A stretch of DNA of 64,000 nt, taken from an uncultured Pelagibacteraceae bacterium (GTDB lineage Bacteria; Pseudomonadota; Alphaproteobacteria; Pelagibacterales; Pelagibacteraceae). Position 1 is the first letter of the stretch. Each line of letters starts with the position of its first letter. The notes beneath the pieces were generated by a model. It did not search any database. It was not told the origin of the DNA and saw only the letters and a program-made list of their open reading frames with translations. The position numbers were made by a program, and so were the translations under genes. The stretch lies in contig CACHWO010000001.1 of NCBI GenBank assembly GCA_902583685.1, positions 4,833 to 68,832 of the forward strand, given 5' to 3'. This document shows positions 47,748 to 58,127 of this stretch, one piece after another.

Positions 47748-49484
47748 ATGTATTTAAAGCTAGTTTTATTTTTTTTTAGTTTTTTATTATCTTCCCAAAT
47801 TGTCTTAGCTGATAGTGCAACACTCAATAATGGTGGCACATACACTAGTCAACAAGATATTGATGATGACAATGAATTTTTAACTGTTACAAATAATTCA
47901 ACCTTAAATACTAGCGCAACAAAACCTGCAAACATTACGGGAGACACTGTAAGTGTTACTGTTGACTCTGGTTCCACAATAACATCAAATACAGTCAGTA
48001 TTTTCGCAGACGATACTTCTGATTTAACAATTTCAAATTCTGGCACAATCAACTCAAGTGGAATAGTAGCAATTGATGTTAAAGGAACAACCGATGCAAG
48101 CATCACAAATAACTCTGGTGGTAAGATTTCTGCAACCAGAAATACATTAAGAATTAGTAAATCGGATAGTAACAGTACTACAGGCTTGACAATTACCAAC
48201 TCTGGAACAATTGAAGCAACAGACGCTGGTTCTGCAATTTTTGCAGCTGATTCTAATACTGCAGCTACAGTAACAAATAATTCAAGTGGTATTATGACAA
48301 ATTCTGATAGTAGTAACGCAACCATAAGAGTTGGCGCAAGTTCTTCAGTTACCAATAGCGGAACAATAAAAAATGATGTTGGAAACGATGCTATCAAATT
48401 GTACGGAAACAATTCTACAATTACTTTAAAAGATAAAGGTATAATAGTTGGAAAATTAGACGCTCTTTTAAGAACTGGAAGCACCTTAAAAATTAATCAT
48501 GGAGCTGGTCAATCTTATTTTTATGAAACTGAAGGTGATTTCACGTTAAAAGATCTTGATGGTAACCAAGTTGTCAAAGGATCGGCGGGATCAGCAGGTC
48601 AAGGAGGAAGTGAGACGTTAGATGAACTTTTAAGTTATAAATCTCTAAACATAAGACAATTTTTAAAAAGGTACAAAGACTCAGAAAATTTATATGATGG
48701 TAATGGTTGGGGAGAAACTTATTCCACTCTTTTAAATCGAAAAGGACATGCTGCAAATTTGGCTTTAGAGTACGATTTATTAAATGTGGGAGCTAATTTA
48801 ATTTCACCTTTAGAAAATTCAGATTTTATTCTTGCTTTTGAAACTGGAATTCAAGATTTTGATGCAGATCATAAAATAACATATCAAAATGTTTCTAGTG
48901 GATTGTATCTTCCAAGCAATAAATATCTTTTAAACTTAGACTCTTTTATTTTGGGTGGAATTACTTTAAAAAATGGAGAGAGAACTATACTAACGAATAC
49001 CACGTCTTCAGGTAAGTTAGACTTAGACAGTAATTATCAAACCTTTGAAGTACATTCCGGTATTACTAAAACTAACACTAAACTTTTGCCAAATTTAGGT
49101 TTAACTGGAAGTTTTTCTATCACCCCAAGCTATGATGAGAGCAAATATTATTCTTGGAGAAATAGAAAAGTAGGTAATGTTTCTATGTTTTTTAGTGATA
49201 AGTATAATATTATAAGTAATGACAATAATAATTTTAATCTAGGCTGGTTGTTAGATTTTAGAAATTTGGTAGGAGACAAATCACAAGTTTATTCAATTAA
49301 TGGCACAAGCGCTACGTACAAACAAGATAATGCTCTTACAAGAGAGATTTCATTAGTTGCTAATTTAGGTTACGAAAAGAAGATTACAGATAATGGAAAA
49401 TTTACAGCTGGCATTTCTGCAAAAAATACTAATCAGGATGTTAAAAGCTTTATTGGAAATTTAGGATTTAAACTAAACTTTTAG
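47748..49484 (+). CDS. autotransporter-like outer membrane protein (signal peptide, repeat passenger, C-terminal beta-barrel)
   Basis: I set the start at the internal Met (MYLKLVLFFFSFLLSSQIVLA/DS signal peptide), because the first 31 codons of the track ORF are tRNA-derived. The passenger has about 8 repeats of x-(V/I)-T-N-(N)-S-G-x-I. The C-terminal half shows an alternating beta-strand pattern and ends in GFKLNF, a terminal aromatic. Confidence 0.6.
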   Translation: MYLKLVLFFFSFLLSSQIVLADSATLNNGGTYTSQQDIDDDNEFLTVTNNSTLNTSATKPANITGDTVSVTVDSGSTITSNTVSIFADDTSDLTISNSGTINSSGIVAIDVKGTTDASITNNSGGKISATRNTLRISKSDSNSTTGLTITNSGTIEATDAGSAIFAADSNTAATVTNNSSGIMTNSDSSNATIRVGASSSVTNSGTIKNDVGNDAIKLYGNNSTITLKDKGIIVGKLDALLRTGSTLKINHGAGQSYFYETEGDFTLKDLDGNQVVKGSAGSAGQGGSETLDELLSYKSLNIRQFLKRYKDSENLYDGNGWGETYSTLLNRKGHAANLALEYDLLNVGANLISPLENSDFILAFETGIQDFDADHKITYQNVSSGLYLPSNKYLLNLDSFILGGITLKNGERTILTNTTSSGKLDLDSNYQTFEVHSGITKTNTKLLPNLGLTGSFSITPSYDESKYYSWRNRKVGNVSMFFSDKYNIISNDNNNFNLGWLLDFRNLVGDKSQVYSINGTSATYKQDNALTREISLVANLGYEKKITDNGKFTAGISAKNTNQDVKSFIGNLGFKLNF

Positions 49485-49508
49485 TTTAGATTGGTCGCCA
49501 TTGTTTGT

Positions 49509-50300
49509 TTAATGATTTTTTTTGAAAAGAGTACTTAAAATATTAATATTGTTTATAATTCTGTTCTTTTTAATAAATATTTTTTTACTTTTGAAAATAT
49601 AATTTAAAATTTTTAATACAGTCCACATTTTACTTTTATTAAAAAATATATTTTCTGAATAGAAATTTTGAAAAAGACCAGTTTCTCTTAATGGTTTAAA
49701 TATATCGGTAGTTTTGTTATATTCAAAAAATAAAAATTTTCCCCGTGTTTTTTTTTGAAATGTTCTAATTAACTTTTTATGAGATGTAAAAAAAAAAATT
49801 TTATATTTTGAACTATACAAATTATATTTGATTTTTCCGTAAAATTTGAGTTTAAAAAAGTCAATTAATGTTCCAATGTATCTAGATCTTTTCTGGGCTT
49901 TGTAGTGTTTTTTAAATTCATTTGGTAATACTATGTCTCTATCGCCCATATTTCTGAAGAAAATGATGTAAAAAATTTCATATTCATGCAAAATTTTTTC
50001 AAACATGCTTTTTGTTTCTTGATTAGATAGTACTAGGCTAAAGTCTTCAGAACTTAATAAAATTATTTTTTTATTTTTTATTTCAGCTTTAAATTCTTCA
50101 ATTTTATTATTTAAATTTTGTCTTGCATCACCATAAATATACCATGCTAACTCAGCATGATTAATTAAAGTGTTATCATTAATTCTGAAAGTCTCTGGTA
50201 TGTATGCTAAAGCGTTTTTTTCGTTTTTTTTTAAGGCCCCTTGTATAGAAGTTGAGCCGGTTTTGTGCAAACCAACATGAACTAAAGCAATTTTTTTCAT
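49509..50300 (-). CDS. sulfotransferase-like P-loop protein (hypothetical)
   Basis: 263 aa ORF. The N-terminal VGLHKTGSTSIQ resembles the 5'-PSB loop of sulfotransferase-family proteins. The rest is low-complexity, Lys/Phe-rich. Confidence 0.35.
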   Translation of the reverse strand: MKKIALVHVGLHKTGSTSIQGALKKNEKNALAYIPETFRINDNTLINHAELAWYIYGDARQNLNNKIEEFKAEIKNKKIILLSSEDFSLVLSNQETKSMFEKILHEYEIFYIIFFRNMGDRDIVLPNEFKKHYKAQKRSRYIGTLIDFFKLKFYGKIKYNLYSSKYKIFFFTSHKKLIRTFQKKTRGKFLFFEYNKTTDIFKPLRETGLFQNFYSENIFFNKSKMWTVLKILNYIFKSKKIFIKKNRIINNINILSTLFKKNH

Positions 50301-50371
50301 TTTAAAAAAGGTATTTATCCCCTAAATAAAATATAAAACCTATTGCTATACCCAATAATATCCAATACATA

Positions 50372-51115
50372 CTAAAATCTCCTGATACTAGTTATATCTA
50401 AATTAGCAGTTCTTTTAATTCTTTCAATTGTATATTTAATATTCATAATCACAACTTTTTTCATAGGACCATATGCATGAATAAGTTTATATCTTGATAA
50501 TGCAATAGCTACGTGTCCTTTCCAAAATATTATATCATTTTTTTTTATATTTTTAAGTTTAACTTTTTTTTTAAAATATTTTTCTTGATCTTTGGAGTCT
50601 CTCGGACAAAATTTATTATTATAATTAAAGAAAATTTGAACTAATGCAGAACAATCAATACCTTGAAAACTTTTTCCACCCCACAAATACTTTATATTTT
50701 TAAAAAACATTACGTCTTTGAAAATATTTTTATTTTTAAATTGTATTTTTTTGATATCTGAAATTTTTATCCAATATTTATTTAATTTTGCAAATTTCCC
50801 TTTTTTTAAAGTCACTTTAAGTCTGGACTCATAAGGTAGAAATTTTTTTGTTTTTTTTCTGTAATCAGGTCCCTTATAAAGCCTTGCTTTAAGAACAGAA
50901 ACTTTAAAGTTTGTTTTTCTAAAATTATAAAATTTATCATTTTTAATATAACCAACATAACCATCTTTACTTATCTTAATTTTGCTCCAAAATTTATTTT
51001 TTTTTAAAATTTTAAATTTATCACCATAAAGTAATTGTGTATCAATTGGAGATTTTAAACTCTTTTTTTTATAAAGATTTAAAATAGCTAAATTATTTAT
51101 AAAATTATTTTTCAC
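50372..51115 (-). CDS. NlpC/P60 (C40) peptidoglycan peptidase with N-terminal SH3-like region
   Basis: 247 aa ORF with YLWGGKSFQGIDCSALVQ (catalytic Cys) and GHVAIAL (His). Confidence 0.7.
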   Translation of the reverse strand: MKNNFINNLAILNLYKKKSLKSPIDTQLLYGDKFKILKKNKFWSKIKISKDGYVGYIKNDKFYNFRKTNFKVSVLKARLYKGPDYRKKTKKFLPYESRLKVTLKKGKFAKLNKYWIKISDIKKIQFKNKNIFKDVMFFKNIKYLWGGKSFQGIDCSALVQIFFNYNNKFCPRDSKDQEKYFKKKVKLKNIKKNDIIFWKGHVAIALSRYKLIHAYGPMKKVVIMNIKYTIERIKRTANLDITSIRRF

Positions 51116-52481
51116 TTAATTTTATACTATTTTTGATAATATATAGAAAAATTAATGAGGGAATAACCATAATAGCTGTAATTAAAAAAAATATTCCCCA
51201 GTCCCCATTGAGCCAATCCACCATGGCACCAGATGAGGCAGCCAATGTAGTTCTTCCAGCCGTTCCAATAGAAGCAAGCAAAGCATATTGAGTCGCCGTG
51301 TAGGTTCTATCTACAAGCATTGATATAAAAGCTACAAATGCAACCGTTGCAAATGCTGCTGCCATATCATCAAAAATTACAGCAATAGCAAATAACCATT
51401 CAGATTTTCCTGACCAAGCTAGCAAAGAAAATAAAAGATTCGTTGATGCCATAAGTATTCCAGAAATAAACATAGCCTTTATTACACCAGATCTTATCGC
51501 AAAAAGTCCTCCTAAAAGTGTAAATACAACAGTTGTAATCCAGCCAAGACCCTTTGAGTAAACCGCAATATCAGATTTTGAGAAACCTATTTCTTTATAA
51601 AAAATGATAGACATTCTACCTAAAAAAGCCTCACCAATTTTAAAAAGAAAAACAAATCCCAAGATACCTAGAGCAATTTTAAATCCATTTTTTTTAAAAA
51701 AACTGACCACTGGACCCGCAATTGTTCCACTAACCCAAGCTGTTATTTTTGTGAAAAAATTATAACTTCCTAATTTTCTTTGAATTAACTCGTCGGTTTC
51801 CTTTTGAGAATTCTCTCTCTCTATTGGTTGATTTTCATGGACAAACATTAGGGCTATATTGCAAGCAATGATTATAATTCCAAGAACTAAAAATGTTATC
51901 TGCCAATAATTTTCAAACCCCACTTTTTGAAAATATTCAGCGGTATTCAAAGCAACTACTCCACCAATTTTATATCCTGTCCACCAACCAACAACAGCCA
52001 TTGCTGCACCAGCCTGCATAGACTTTCCTTCATATTGTCCAATTTGTTCAATTCTTAATGCATCTACAGTTATATCTTGAGTAGCCGAAGCTATCGCAAT
52101 AATTAAACCAATAGTTATTACCATCGCCAAATTTGTTTTAGGATCAACAAAACTCCAACTAATTAAGCTGAGTAAAATAATCAACTGCATAAGTATGATC
52201 CAACCACGACGATGGCCAACTCTGTTAGTTAACCAAGGGATACGTATTCTATCAATTAGAGGAGCCCACAAATAATTAAAAGCATATACAGCAAATATTA
52301 AACCAGCCCACCCAACTGTAGTCCGACTAAGACCATCTTCTTTTAGCCAAAGGCTCAAACTACTTCCAATTATGACCCAAGGAAAACCACTAATTACACC
52401 CAATAATAAAATTCTTAGCATTCGATAGTCTAAGTAAACTTTAAAAGAGTCTTTGAACGATTGTTTTTGATAAATTTCCAT
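51105..52481 (-). CDS. ampG: AmpG-family muropeptide MFS permease
   Basis: 458 aa, 12-14 TM ORF with N-terminal GFPWVIIGSSLSLWLKEDG..YLWAPLIDR typical of AmpG. It overlaps the downstream NlpC/P60 gene by 11 nt. Confidence 0.75.
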   Translation of the reverse strand: MEIYQKQSFKDSFKVYLDYRMLRILLLGVISGFPWVIIGSSLSLWLKEDGLSRTTVGWAGLIFAVYAFNYLWAPLIDRIRIPWLTNRVGHRRGWIILMQLIILLSLISWSFVDPKTNLAMVITIGLIIAIASATQDITVDALRIEQIGQYEGKSMQAGAAMAVVGWWTGYKIGGVVALNTAEYFQKVGFENYWQITFLVLGIIIIACNIALMFVHENQPIERENSQKETDELIQRKLGSYNFFTKITAWVSGTIAGPVVSFFKKNGFKIALGILGFVFLFKIGEAFLGRMSIIFYKEIGFSKSDIAVYSKGLGWITTVVFTLLGGLFAIRSGVIKAMFISGILMASTNLLFSLLAWSGKSEWLFAIAVIFDDMAAAFATVAFVAFISMLVDRTYTATQYALLASIGTAGRTTLAASSGAMVDWLNGDWGIFFLITAIMVIPSLIFLYIIKNSIKLSEK

Positions 52482-52501
52482 TAAGTTAATTATAGATTAA
52501 T

Positions 52502-53947
52502 TTAAGTTCTCCAGAAAGAAGGTAAAAACAACACTAGTACTGCAAAAATTTCCAAACGTCCTAGTAACATTGCAAAAGAAAGTATCCATTTTGAAATATT
52601 AGATACTTCACTAAAATTACCATTTGGACCAATCATATCACCAAGACCAGGCCCAACATTTGATATAGATGTAGCAGCACCTGATATAGCTGATAAAAAG
52701 TCAAGACCAGTCATTGATAAAAGCATTGCAATTATTAAAAATAAAAATAAATAAGAAAAAATAAAAATTATTACTGAATTTACAAAACTATCTTCTATTT
52801 TTTCTTTATTATAGTTCAGAATAATTATTCTATTAGGATATATTAATTTTTTTATTTGATTTTTGACAAAAAGAACCAAAATTTGTAATCTAAAAACTTT
52901 TATTCCACAAGTTGTTGAACCAGCACATCCTCCAACAAACATTAAAAACAGAAAAAATATTAATGGAAACTCCCCCCATAACCCAAAATCATCTGTTACA
53001 TAACCTGTTCCGGAAAGTATAGAAATTACATTGAATGATGAAATTCTTAAATTATCAAAAAAAGAATGTTGAGTATTATTTATAAATAAATATAAAAACA
53101 TTATTAATATAGAAGTTACAAGCAGGTAAACAAACCCTTTAATTTGTACATCCTCCAAAAAAATTTTTTTATTACCTTTTATAAATTTTAAATAAGATAT
53201 AAATGGTATACTTCCTAAAATAATAAATATTGTTGCTGAGATTTCAATACCCGGATTTTTATAAAAACCTATAGACTCATTATGAGTTGAAAAACCTCCT
53301 GTTGCTAACGTTGTAAAGGAATGTGCAATGCTATCAAAAATATTCATTCCTTGGGACCAATAAGTTATACTACAAATTAAAGTTAAGATCGTATAAATAG
53401 AGATTATCGTCGTAGCCACTTCAATTGTTTTAGGTAATATTTTTTCAGTACCAGATGCATCAGTCTTAAAAAGTTGCATTCCCCCAACTTTTAATAGAGG
53501 AAGAACAGTTGTTGCCATCACAATTATTCCAATGCCACCAAGCCATTGCATAATAGATCTCCAGATTAAAATACTCTTTGGTGATGTATCTAAATTTGAA
53601 ATTACTGTTGAGCCGGTTGTTGTTATACCTGACATACTTTCAAAAAAAGCATCACTAAAGGTAAGCTTTAAATTTGAAAGCATGAAGGGCAAGCTCCCAA
53701 ATAAAGCTATACTAGTCCACGCAAGAACGGAAAATAGAAAAGCCTGTTGTAAGTTTAGTTGATTATCTTTTTTTAAATTTACTAATATAATTAAAATTCC
53801 TATAAAAACTGTTATAATTGACGAAGATAGGAAACTATTGTTATCCTCATTATATAAAAGTTGAATTCCATAAGGTATTATCATGAAAACACCTAGAATT
53901 ACCAAAAGAATACCAGTGATAAAAAAAACAGTTTTATTTGATCCCAT
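52502..53947 (-). CDS. trkH: Trk-type potassium uptake protein TrkH
   Basis: 481 aa polytopic ORF with repeated selectivity-filter-like TTTG/TGGF/GTGY/GPGLG motifs. Confidence 0.8.
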   Translation of the reverse strand: MGSNKTVFFITGILLVILGVFMIIPYGIQLLYNEDNNSFLSSSIITVFIGILIILVNLKKDNQLNLQQAFLFSVLAWTSIALFGSLPFMLSNLKLTFSDAFFESMSGITTTGSTVISNLDTSPKSILIWRSIMQWLGGIGIIVMATTVLPLLKVGGMQLFKTDASGTEKILPKTIEVATTIISIYTILTLICSITYWSQGMNIFDSIAHSFTTLATGGFSTHNESIGFYKNPGIEISATIFIILGSIPFISYLKFIKGNKKIFLEDVQIKGFVYLLVTSILIMFLYLFINNTQHSFFDNLRISSFNVISILSGTGYVTDDFGLWGEFPLIFFLFLMFVGGCAGSTTCGIKVFRLQILVLFVKNQIKKLIYPNRIIILNYNKEKIEDSFVNSVIIFIFSYLFLFLIIAMLLSMTGLDFLSAISGAATSISNVGPGLGDMIGPNGNFSEVSNISKWILSFAMLLGRLEIFAVLVLFLPSFWRT

Positions 53948-54042
53948 TAAAATTAAGACAATATTTAAATTGCCGAAAAATTCAACTTTTTCTAATGTAT
54001 TTATAACTGTATTTTGTATGAAAAATTTTATAAACCTTAATT

Positions 54043-55614
54043 ATGTTAGATTCTAGCCTAATCCAATCCACCTCATCTTGGCCTTTTGTTGAGATTAGAA
54101 AGCTCCTAAAGGATAGAAAATCTATAATAGAAAAAAAAAATAAAATAACTTTTCAAACAGGATACGGGCCCAGTGGATTACCGCATATAGGAACATTTGG
54201 AGAAGTATCAAGGACTTGTATGATGATTAACGCTTTAAATCATATTAGAAAAATAAATACTGAACTCATCACTTTTTCAGATGATATGGATGGTTTAAGA
54301 AAAGTTCCTGACAATATTCCAAATTCAAAAATATTACACGAAAATCTTGGAAAACCTCTTACAGATATACCTGATCCATTTAAAAAATATAAAAGTTTTG
54401 GAGAGCATAATAATAAATTATTAATAGAGTTTTTAAACAGATTTAAATTTGATTTTATTTTTAAAAGCTCTACTGAAAATTATAAAAAGGGCATTTTCAA
54501 TAACGGCATTCAAAGAGTTTTGGATAAGTATGATGATGTAATGAATATTATTTTACCCACACTGAGAAGTGAAAGAAGAAAAACTTATAGTCCTTTATTA
54601 CCTATATGTCCTGAAACTGGAAAAGTTCTAGAAATCCCAATTTTGGAAATTGATAAAAAAAATAGCAAAGTATTATTTAATAATAACGGAAAAAAAATTC
54701 TTATAGATGTTTTAAATGGTGGTTGTAAACTTCAGTGGAAAGTTGATTGGGCGATGAGATGGTTTACTTTTGATGTTGATTTTGAAATGTACGGTAAAGA
54801 TTTAATTGAAAGTGCAATTATATCAAGCAAAGTTTGTAAAGCTTTAGGAAAAACTCCCCCAAACGGATTTGCTTACGAATTATTTCTAGACGAAAGAGGT
54901 GAGAAAATATCCAAGTCTAAAGGCAATGGTATAACAATAGATCAATGGCTTAGGTATGCTTCACCAGAAAGTTTATCGTTATACATGTACCAGAATCCTA
55001 AAAGAGCAAAAAAACTTTACCCAGATGTAGTTCCAAAAGCTGTTGACGAGTACCTACTAAATATAGAGAAATTTTCAAATCAAAAACCTAGAGAAAAAAT
55101 ATCAAATCCGGTTTGGCATGTACATAATGGTTTTCCACCTGATGAAAAAATTGTAATGCCATTTTCAATGCTTCTAAATATTGTTGGATCTAGTAATGCA
55201 AAGACAAAAGATATTTTGTGGAAATTTATCAAAAAGTTTCATAAAGAAATTGATCCAAATAAATATAAGATACTTGATGAATTAACCAATTATGCAATAA
55301 ATTATTTCAAGGACGAAGTTGAACCGAAGAAAAAATTTAAAAAACCAAATGAGGAAGAAAAAAAAGCTTTGGGAAATCTTGTTTCACAATTAAAAAAAGT
55401 TTCACAATCTACTCCTGCAGAGGAAATACAAACAGTCATTTATTCAATCGGTAAAGAAAATGGATACAAAGATAACCTAAGAGATTGGTTTAAATTAATA
55501 TATCAAGTAACATTTGGGGAAGAAAATGGTCCTAGAATGGGTTTCTTTATAAGTTTTTTTGGCGTCAAAGAGACAATTGATTTAATGGAAAAAAAGTTGA
55601 AAATAGAGTCTTAA
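54043..55614 (+). CDS. lysK: lysyl-tRNA synthetase, class I
   Basis: 523 aa ORF with the class I motifs PHIGTFGE (HIGH) and KISKSKG (KMSKS). Class I LysRS is typical of many alphaproteobacteria. Confidence 0.85.
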   Translation: MLDSSLIQSTSSWPFVEIRKLLKDRKSIIEKKNKITFQTGYGPSGLPHIGTFGEVSRTCMMINALNHIRKINTELITFSDDMDGLRKVPDNIPNSKILHENLGKPLTDIPDPFKKYKSFGEHNNKLLIEFLNRFKFDFIFKSSTENYKKGIFNNGIQRVLDKYDDVMNIILPTLRSERRKTYSPLLPICPETGKVLEIPILEIDKKNSKVLFNNNGKKILIDVLNGGCKLQWKVDWAMRWFTFDVDFEMYGKDLIESAIISSKVCKALGKTPPNGFAYELFLDERGEKISKSKGNGITIDQWLRYASPESLSLYMYQNPKRAKKLYPDVVPKAVDEYLLNIEKFSNQKPREKISNPVWHVHNGFPPDEKIVMPFSMLLNIVGSSNAKTKDILWKFIKKFHKEIDPNKYKILDELTNYAINYFKDEVEPKKKFKKPNEEEKKALGNLVSQLKKVSQSTPAEEIQTVIYSIGKENGYKDNLRDWFKLIYQVTFGEENGPRMGFFISFFGVKETIDLMEKKLKIES

Positions 55615-56660
55615 TGTTTTCATTAGTAAGACCCTATATATTTAAAGTAAATCCGGAAACAGCACATAATTTAGCAATTAAATCTTTAAAATACAATTTT
55701 TTACCAGAAAGTTTATTTACAGTTGAAAACGAAGAAATATTAAATTCAAGATTGTTTGGTAAATCAATTAAAAATCCAATTGGTCTTGCTGCTGGTTTTG
55801 ATAAAAGTGCAGAAGTTTATAATCAATTATTTAAAATAGGTTTTGGTTTTGTAGAAATAGGCACTGTAACACCAAAAAAACAATACGGTAACCCAAAACC
55901 AAGGATTTTTAGATTAGAGAAAGATACAGCACTTATAAATAGATTAGGGTTCAATAATGATGGATCAGATATTGTAAAAAAAAGAATTGAAAACAATCTT
56001 CCAAAAAGTCTCTTAGGTATAAATATTGGTCCAAACAAAGGTGTAAAAGATATGACAGAGGATTTCTTAAGTTGTGCAGAAACTTTTTTTCCTCTTGGTG
56101 ATTATATTACTATAAATATATCTTCGCCTAATACAGAAGGTTTAAGAGATTTCCACAAAAAAGAAAATCTAAAAAATTTATTATCAAAAATTAATGAAAT
56201 CAGAGAAAAAAGTAGTTTTAGAAAAGCTTTTTTACTAAAAGTTTCTCCAGATTTAGATGAGCAAAGCGTTAATGAAGTTATAAGTTTAATATTAGATTAT
56301 AAAATTGATGGAGTAATACTTACAAATACTACAGATACTAATAGAAATAATTTAAAAAGTGACAATAAATTAGAAAAAGGTGGTTTATCAGGAAAACCAC
56401 TACAAAATATTTCAACAAAATTAATTAAACGGTTTTATAAAGATTTAAAAGGTAGAGCTTCAATTATAGGTGTAGGTGGAATTGACTCTGGAAATTCAGC
56501 ATTTGAAAAAATAGCTGCAGGGGCATCTGCGTTGCAATTATACACAAGTATGATTTATGAGGGTCCTCTAGTAGTCAAAAAAATTAAAAGAGATTTGATA
56601 AAAATACTTAATGAACAAGGTTTTAAAAATATTAAAGAAGCAATTGGATCATACTCTTAA
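55614..56660 (+). CDS. pyrD: dihydroorotate dehydrogenase (quinone), class 2
   Basis: 348 aa ORF with GFGFVEIGTVTP, NISSPNT and IGVGGI motifs. It overlaps lysK by 1 nt. Confidence 0.9.
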   Translation: MFSLVRPYIFKVNPETAHNLAIKSLKYNFLPESLFTVENEEILNSRLFGKSIKNPIGLAAGFDKSAEVYNQLFKIGFGFVEIGTVTPKKQYGNPKPRIFRLEKDTALINRLGFNNDGSDIVKKRIENNLPKSLLGINIGPNKGVKDMTEDFLSCAETFFPLGDYITINISSPNTEGLRDFHKKENLKNLLSKINEIREKSSFRKAFLLKVSPDLDEQSVNEVISLILDYKIDGVILTNTTDTNRNNLKSDNKLEKGGLSGKPLQNISTKLIKRFYKDLKGRASIIGVGGIDSGNSAFEKIAAGASALQLYTSMIYEGPLVVKKIKRDLIKILNEQGFKNIKEAIGSYS

Positions 56661-56662
56661 AA

Positions 56663-57754
56663 TTATTTAAAGAATTTATAATTTTTTTCATCCATATCGT
56701 ATCTTATATAGTGAATAAATTCTCTTATATAAGAAAAGCTAATACCTACTAAAACAACAGTCATTATTGAAATTGAACCATAAACAAAAGGATGGTTAGT
56801 TGACATATTTAGAACAATTTCAGTTAATCTGTTTGTTTTTGGATCAACAATTTCACTTAAGAATAAACTTTCATTTAATACGAAACTTTCTAAACCCATA
56901 ATTATACCAACTGCTAAAAGTAAAATTGCTAGTAAAGTTTTATATTCAGATGGATTTAATTTTTCACTCACTTTAAGACCAATATGTAAACCAATTATTG
57001 AACCAAAAATTAAAGTTAAAACCAAAACAAAATCTATAGTTTGAAATTTAAAAGCATGACCAATCACAACAAACGCTGTTATAAAAATGGTGACAAACAA
57101 AGATGTTCCTGGTACAAGTTTAGTTGGCATACCAATTATATAAATCATAGCAGGAACCATTAAAAAAGCCCCACCAACTCCCATGATAGAGGCAAAAATA
57201 CCAACAATAAAGCCTAACATAGTTGGTACGATTGCACTTTCATAAAGTCTTGATTTATGAAATTTCATTCTAAATGGTAATCCATGTATCCAATAATGAT
57301 CGTGAACTTTCCTTTTTGCTACAATTTTTTTTCTAATATTAATTAATTCTTTTGCTCCTCTTGCAAACATTAATGTTCCTACTATTACAAGCATGTATAT
57401 ATATGATAGTGCTATAATATCGTTTATTATGCCCAATTCTTTAAGATATTGAAAAATTATCATTCCAATAATAGTACCAAACATACCTCCACAAACTATT
57501 ACAACGCCCATCTTGTAATCTAATGTTTTTCTAAACCAATGCGTTAATGCACCTGAGACAGATGACCCTAAAATATTATTTGCCTCATTTGCTACAGCAA
57601 AAGCTGGAGGAATTCCCAAGAATATTAAAACAGGGGTCATCAAAAAACCACCACCAATACCAAATAAACCAGATATAAATCCCACACAAAAACTTAAAAT
57701 AATTATTATTATTAAGTTTATTTGTACCTGGGCTACCGGAAGGAAAAAATCCAT
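56663..57754 (-). CDS. TauE/SafE family anion exporter-like membrane protein
   Basis: 363 aa ORF with duplicated GIGGGFLMTP / GVGGAFLMVP motifs and an extra C-terminal segment with further TM helices. Confidence 0.6.
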   Translation of the reverse strand: MDFFLPVAQVQINLIIIIILSFCVGFISGLFGIGGGFLMTPVLIFLGIPPAFAVANEANNILGSSVSGALTHWFRKTLDYKMGVVIVCGGMFGTIIGMIIFQYLKELGIINDIIALSYIYMLVIVGTLMFARGAKELINIRKKIVAKRKVHDHYWIHGLPFRMKFHKSRLYESAIVPTMLGFIVGIFASIMGVGGAFLMVPAMIYIIGMPTKLVPGTSLFVTIFITAFVVIGHAFKFQTIDFVLVLTLIFGSIIGLHIGLKVSEKLNPSEYKTLLAILLLAVGIIMGLESFVLNESLFLSEIVDPKTNRLTEIVLNMSTNHPFVYGSISIMTVVLVGISFSYIREFIHYIRYDMDEKNYKFFK

Positions 57755-57845
57755 TAATTTTAAATTTAAATCTTTTTTACGTTAAAATATAGAATATTAT
57801 CTTGATTAAAGAGTTGTCAAGGATTATACAGCAAACATATATTTT

Positions 57846-58124
57846 ATGACAAGAATTTGCGAACTTTCTGGAAAAAAACCACTTAAAGGTCATAAGGTGA
57901 GTCACGCTAATAATAAGACAAAAAGAAGATTCCTTCCTGGAATTAAGAAAGTAAAATTTAAAAGTGAACTTCTTAAAAGAAATATTAATTTTAATGTTTC
58001 AAATTCAGCTCTTAGGACAGTAGATTATAAAGGAGGAATAGACAAATTCCTAAAAAGTGCAAAATCATACCAACTTTCAAAAAAAGCAAAAAAATTAAAA
58101 AATAAAATCTTAATAAGCAAATAG
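57846..58124 (+). CDS. rpmB: 50S ribosomal protein L28
   Basis: 92 aa ORF starting MTRICELSGKKPLKGHKVSHANNKTKRRF. Confidence 0.9.
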   Translation: MTRICELSGKKPLKGHKVSHANNKTKRRFLPGIKKVKFKSELLKRNINFNVSNSALRTVDYKGGIDKFLKSAKSYQLSKKAKKLKNKILISK

Positions 58125-58127
58125 TAC

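Noticed and set aside
47849-48484. 211-aa minus-strand ORF, and similar long antisense ORFs (for example 1765-2187, 3927-4454, 18174-18557, 32025-32432)
   Set aside because: These are shadow frames opposite well-supported genes. Their proteins are low-complexity mirror images with no recognisable motifs.
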